In this document: positions 59,544-64,000 of the stretch, piece by piece | Position numbering within the stretch: position 1 is the first letter of the stretch | Layout of the letters: each line of letters begins with the position of its first letter | NCBI GenBank assembly: GCA_963712275.1 | Contig: CAVQHD010000001.1 | Coordinates: 1,664,001-1,728,000 of the forward strand | Source of the DNA: an uncultured Rhabdochlamydiaceae bacterium | Lineage (GTDB): Bacteria; Chlamydiota; Chlamydiia; Chlamydiales; Rhabdochlamydiaceae | Reading direction: 5' to 3' | DNA: 64,000 nucleotides | Made by a program: the position numbers and the translations under genes | The notes under the pieces: generated by a model | Database searches by the model: none | Told to the model about the DNA's origin: nothing | Seen by the model: the letters and a program-made list of their open reading frames with translations, nothing else

Positions 59544-60785
59544 ATGACAACTCTATCACTGCGTGGCCGTTTCGCTGGCATCATTGGCAATATTTTAGGG
59601 CATTACGATACCGCTCTTTTTGGTCTTTTAGCGCCGTTTATCGCGCCGCTATTTTTCAATAAGAGCGACCCGGTGACAGCGCTCATTTTGACCTATGGAA
59701 TGATGCCTCTTGGGATTATCACAAAACCTCTCGGCTCACTCTTTTTTGGCTGGATGGGAGACCGCTTTGGCCGAAAGCAAGCGCTCTTTTGTTCTTTGCT
59801 AGGAATGGCCATTGTCACAGCTTCCATGGGCTGCTTGCCGATTTATAGCCAGGCGGGAATCTTAGCTCCCTGCCTTCTTGCCTTGGGGAGGATGCTCCAG
59901 AGTTTTTGCGCAGCTGGAGAGTCGACAGGAGCCTCCATTTTTGTTCTTGAGAATACCCCTTTGACTCAAAGGAGTTTGATGAGCAGTTTTTACGACGTCT
60001 CTTCTATGAGCGGTACGCTCATTGCATCAGGACTTGTCACTTTTTTTTGTATGCAAGGGTGGGCTGAAACGGGATGGCGCCTCCTGTTTTGGATGGGAGG
60101 GTTGACAGCCTTTTTTGGCCTGTTTTTAAGATTAAAAACCCAGGAAGGGAAAGAGTTTCAATCCCGGGCTAAAAAATGGAACCTTATGCAAACCTTGAAA
60201 GACCATAAAGGAGCTCTTGCCTCAATTATCATTGCCTCGGGCTTTTCTTATACAACCTATGCTCTTGCCTTCACCTTAATGAACGGCTATGTGCCGCTTG
60301 TGACCTCGCTTACAAAGGCCGACGTCATGAAGGTCAATACCGTTCTTCTTGCAATCGACATGCTCCTTCTCCCTTGTTTCGGTTATTTAGCGCATCGATT
60401 CGGTAAAGAAAAGGTCATGTTTGCCGGAGCGCTTGGCTCTGCCATCGGAGCCATTCCTCTCTTCTACTGCTTGAATGGAGCTGGTCTTGCAATGGTGACA
60501 ATCGTTCGACTCTCAATCGTTATTTGCGGGGTTGCTTTTGCAGCGCCATACCATGCTTGGAAACTTGAACTGATTCCACCCAGCCACCGGTACACGATTC
60601 TCTCCCTTGGGTGCACATTCGGCTCTCAACTCATTGGAGCACCGACGTCCGCCATCTGCTTGTGGCTTTATCAAAAACTAGGCTATGTCTGGGCACCCGG
60701 CCTTTACCTGATGGCCATTGGAGCTTTGGCTGGAGTCGTGATCTACCGATATGAGCGAAATAGGGTGGAAGCTTTGGAGGTGTAA
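59544..60785 (+). CDS. MFS transporter (ProP/MHS-like), probable thiamine or precursor uptake
   Basis: GNILGHYDTALFG, GDRFGRK, RMLQSFCAAGESTGA; directly behind TPP riboswitch. Confidence 0.85.
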   Translation: MTTLSLRGRFAGIIGNILGHYDTALFGLLAPFIAPLFFNKSDPVTALILTYGMMPLGIITKPLGSLFFGWMGDRFGRKQALFCSLLGMAIVTASMGCLPIYSQAGILAPCLLALGRMLQSFCAAGESTGASIFVLENTPLTQRSLMSSFYDVSSMSGTLIASGLVTFFCMQGWAETGWRLLFWMGGLTAFFGLFLRLKTQEGKEFQSRAKKWNLMQTLKDHKGALASIIIASGFSYTTYALAFTLMNGYVPLVTSLTKADVMKVNTVLLAIDMLLLPCFGYLAHRFGKEKVMFAGALGSAIGAIPLFYCLNGAGLAMVTIVRLSIVICGVAFAAPYHAWKLELIPPSHRYTILSLGCTFGSQLIGAPTSAICLWLYQKLGYVWAPGLYLMAIGALAGVVIYRYERNRVEALEV

Positions 60786-60792
60786 ATTGAAG

Positions 60793-62640
60793 ATGCTACA
60801 GAAAATTGCACATACCATTCGGCATCTGACGATGGATGCCGTGCAGCGAGCAGGATCGGGACACCCAGGGCTTCCTATGGGCTGCGCAGAATTAGGCGCT
60901 TACCTTTATGGAGAATTTCTTCGATACGACCCTAACCATCCAACATGGAAAGGTCGTGACCGCATGATCCTTTCTGCAGGACACGGCTCTCTTTTACTTT
61001 ACAGCTGCCTCCACCTTGCTGGATTTCCTATTTCTATGGACGATCTAAAAAACTTTCGCCAAATCGATTCAAAAACACCCAGCCATCCCGATTTGACAAA
61101 GACGGAAGGGATTGAAGCGACAACTGGCGTGGATGGCCAAGGAGTTGGGTTTGCCGTCGGTCAAGCCTTAGCGCTCAAAATCTCTAAAATAGACGCGAAG
61201 GTCGTCTGCTTAGCAGGCGATGGTTGTTTGATGGAGGGCATCTCTACCGAAGCCTGCTCCTTGGCAGGACATCTGAATCTGAATAACCTGATTCTCATCT
61301 ACGACAGCAACAAAACAACGCTGGATGGCTATGCGAGCGAGAGTTTTTCAGAAGACGTCCCGCTTCGTTTTAAAGCCCAAGGGTGGGACGTCATCGAAAT
61401 TGATGGCCATGATCTGCTTCAGATCAGAGATGCGCTTGCGCCGCTGAGAGCCCTGCAGAAGACTCCCATGCTGATCATTGCCCATACACAGATCGGCTAC
61501 GGCTCTCCCCATAAGGCCGGAACTCCAGCAGCCCATGGGCGTCCTCTAGGACCAGAAGAGATCGCTTTAGCGAAAACAGCGCTTGGCCTCCCCAATACTT
61601 CCTTTGAAGTCGATCCAGAAATCTATTCCTTTTTCCAGAAAAAACTTCCATCTGGAAAACAATCCTCTCCAGTACACCTCCCAGACAACTTGGAAGAGCT
61701 TCTGCAAACCATCCCCATCTCCTCCCCCCTTGCAACACGATGGGCCTCTCACGAAGTGCTGCAAGTCCTTGCAGACCATGTGCCTTATCTCATTGGAGGA
61801 TCGGCCGATCTTTCTTCTTCAGATGGAACCTATTTGAACAAGTACAAGTTGATTCAACCAAACTATTTTGAAGGCCGAAATATCAAATATGGCGTGCGAG
61901 AGTTCGGAATGGCATGCATTGCCGCTGGGATGGCCCAAACAGCTCTGATTCTTCCTTTTATTGGAACGTTTCTCGGATTTGTCGATTACATGCGCAGCGC
62001 CATGCGCATGACTAGTTTGATGCGCCTCAAGGTCATCTACCAACTAACCCATGATTCTATTTTTATCGGGCACGATGGCCCTACTCACCAGCCCATTGAG
62101 CAGATCGCTTCTCTTCGTGCAATTCCAGGCCTTCTTGTCTTGCGCCCTGCTGACGCAAATGAAGTGAAAATGGCCTGGCTTGCCGCCCTCTTACATGAAG
62201 GCCCTTCTGCCATTATCCTCTCTAGACAGCCTCTTCCAGAACTTTTTCCTCACCCTTATGAAGATGGAGTTGGACGCGGAGCCTACATCGTGCAAAAAGA
62301 AGTTGACGAGACAGTCGATTATTTACTCATCGCAACCGGTTCTGAACTCCACTTAGCGCTAGAGGTTGCAAAAGAATTAGGACCTACGACACGCGTTATC
62401 TCCATGCCATCTTGGGAACTCTTTGAGAAACAGCCCCCCTCCTACAAAAAAAGTCTTCTCCATGGCAAAATAAAGGTCAGCATTGAGGCAGGAGTCGATC
62501 AAGGGTGGCATAAGTATGTCGGCGCAGAAGGAATAACCATTGCACTAACTTGGTTTGGCGAGTCTGGCGCTGCATCAGATCTAGCCTCCCGCTTTGGATA
62601 CACAAAAGAAGCTATTTTAGAGAAAATTAAAAATGCTTAA
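60793..62640 (+). CDS. tkt: Transketolase
   Basis: SGHPGLPMG, SAGHGS, GDGCLMEG..N, GVREFGM, HDSI..GHDGPTHQPIEQ. Confidence 0.93.
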   Translation: MLQKIAHTIRHLTMDAVQRAGSGHPGLPMGCAELGAYLYGEFLRYDPNHPTWKGRDRMILSAGHGSLLLYSCLHLAGFPISMDDLKNFRQIDSKTPSHPDLTKTEGIEATTGVDGQGVGFAVGQALALKISKIDAKVVCLAGDGCLMEGISTEACSLAGHLNLNNLILIYDSNKTTLDGYASESFSEDVPLRFKAQGWDVIEIDGHDLLQIRDALAPLRALQKTPMLIIAHTQIGYGSPHKAGTPAAHGRPLGPEEIALAKTALGLPNTSFEVDPEIYSFFQKKLPSGKQSSPVHLPDNLEELLQTIPISSPLATRWASHEVLQVLADHVPYLIGGSADLSSSDGTYLNKYKLIQPNYFEGRNIKYGVREFGMACIAAGMAQTALILPFIGTFLGFVDYMRSAMRMTSLMRLKVIYQLTHDSIFIGHDGPTHQPIEQIASLRAIPGLLVLRPADANEVKMAWLAALLHEGPSAIILSRQPLPELFPHPYEDGVGRGAYIVQKEVDETVDYLLIATGSELHLALEVAKELGPTTRVISMPSWELFEKQPPSYKKSLLHGKIKVSIEAGVDQGWHKYVGAEGITIALTWFGESGAASDLASRFGYTKEAILEKIKNA

Positions 62641-62649
62641 TAATCGACT

Positions 62650-63846
62650 ATGAAAACTTCATTTTATATCGCTCTGATTGTCGCTTTTATCGACTTGATG
62701 GGGATTGGGATGGTTTATCCCCTTTTTTCTCCTATGCTGTTTGACACCTCTTTTGCACTGCTGCCAATGGAAGCCTCGAAAGAGGTCCGAGGTCTTTATT
62801 TGGGTATTCTGATCGCGCTCACTCCTCTGATGCAATTTTTCAGCTCTCCTGTCTGGGGAGCGCTTTCAGACCACTATGGACGTAAAAAACCTCTCCTTAT
62901 CAGCCAGTCGATCGGACTTTTAGGCTACCTCATTGGGCTTGGCGGTGTAGTACTGCAGAATGTCTATTGTCTTTTTCTTTCACGAGCCGTCATCGGATTT
63001 TCTTCCGGCAACATGTCGATTGTCCAAGCAACCGTTGCAGATGTGAGCCTGCCTGAGCAAAAAACGAAAAACTTTGGTCTTTACAGCATGGCTTTAGGGA
63101 TCGGTTTTACGTTCGGGCCTCTCATGAGCGGCCTCCTTCTTCCTTGGGGCTATGCAACTCCATTTTGGGTGGCTGTCACGATCGTCCTCATCAATTTAAT
63201 CCTGACATATGCTTTGTTTAGAGAAACTCATCTACAGCGATTTTACAAAAAGATCAGCTGGAAAAGCGGTTTTTTACAGCTGCGAAAAGTGTTTGAGCTG
63301 CAAGGGATTCGAACGATTGTATTTGCTTCTTTTTTGCACAATTTTTCTTGGAGCTACTATTTTGAATTCTCTCCCGTCTATTTGATTCAACGTCTCCAGT
63401 TTTCTTCTTCCAGCTTAGGATTTTTTTATGGGATCATGGGTGGAATGTACGCTTTAAGTACAGGCCTTCTGATACGACCCTTTATCCGAAGGTTCAAAGC
63501 TGAGGCTCTTTTCTTTGCAGGCAACTTCCTGACCGCAATCACTCTTCTGATCCTGCCCCAAATTGGGATTGGAATCTGGGTCTTTTTAATTCCCCTCTGT
63601 TTCTTCGTCGCTTTTGTGACGCCGACGTGCACCACCCTGGTTTCCAATCACGCTCCACCTCATATCCAAGGAGAAGCTCTCGGAATCTTGAGCGCTGTCA
63701 ATGCAGCGGCCCTTGCCATCAGCCCCCTCTGCGCGGCCTCATTTGTGGGAGCGCATCCTGTATGGGTCTTTGGGATTGGAGGGGCTATCATGCTGTTTGC
63801 CGCAGCCCTCGTTCTCGCCGTGTATCGAAAAAGGTTGCTGCAATAG
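62650..63846 (+). CDS. MFS transporter (TetA/DHA1-like)
   Basis: FIDLMGIG, WGALSDHYGRKK, QATVADVS, GFTFGP; 12 TM. Confidence 0.88.
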   Translation: MKTSFYIALIVAFIDLMGIGMVYPLFSPMLFDTSFALLPMEASKEVRGLYLGILIALTPLMQFFSSPVWGALSDHYGRKKPLLISQSIGLLGYLIGLGGVVLQNVYCLFLSRAVIGFSSGNMSIVQATVADVSLPEQKTKNFGLYSMALGIGFTFGPLMSGLLLPWGYATPFWVAVTIVLINLILTYALFRETHLQRFYKKISWKSGFLQLRKVFELQGIRTIVFASFLHNFSWSYYFEFSPVYLIQRLQFSSSSLGFFYGIMGGMYALSTGLLIRPFIRRFKAEALFFAGNFLTAITLLILPQIGIGIWVFLIPLCFFVAFVTPTCTTLVSNHAPPHIQGEALGILSAVNAAALAISPLCAASFVGAHPVWVFGIGGAIMLFAAALVLAVYRKRLLQ

Positions 63847-64000
63847 AAAGCTGAAAGATGCCAAGCAAAATTGTGGATGTATTCGATTTTTAAATCATTT
63901 TTGTAAAATTTTTATTGAGCAGCTCCAGAGAAAGGTAGAATTTGTGAAAATCTTTTAAACATATAAGATCCAATTCAAGAGACTGTGTGAATAGTCTTTA

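Noticed and set aside
60751..60792. Longer transketolase start overlapping the MFS gene
   Set aside because: Homology starts near MLQKIAHTIR; ATG 60793 follows GGAGG and avoids the overlap.

Overview
64-kb chromosomal window from what looks like an environmental, host-associated Chlamydiota-type bacterium. This is inferred from PPi-dependent PFK, Inc-like membrane proteins, F-box/U-box/SH2/ubiquitin-like eukaryote-type domains, an Rpn gene and classical menBACE genes. Housekeeping and metabolic blocks are menB-A-C-E, a DAHP synthase, glpF/glpK/glpD, sua5, proC, rarA, pfp, sdaA, cyoABCDE, a GH130-cupin-phosphomannomutase mannose module and a TPP-riboswitch-led MFS-transketolase-MFS unit. They are interleaved with putative effectors (two F-box proteins, an SH2 protein, a RING/U-box protein, a Gly-rich autotransporter and a 3834-aa giant protein) and conflict modules (HigBA, AbiEi/AbiEii-ankyrin, Rpn, RecQ-PRTase). 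The most striking unannotated layer is eight long palindromic or miniature inverted-repeat elements. Several remodel genes: they supply the C-termini or stop codons of glpK, sua5, rpn and proC, contain the glpD start codon, and one sits in-frame inside recQ, like Rickettsia palindromic elements. The giant protein combines a putative Cys-protease domain, an embedded ubiquitin-like domain, an SF2-helicase-like ATPase and a 151-aa tandem duplication. Two tiny protamine-like genes with their own promoters are missed by the ORF track. No rRNA, tRNA or CRISPR array was recognised. All family assignments come from reading motifs by eye, not from database searches.
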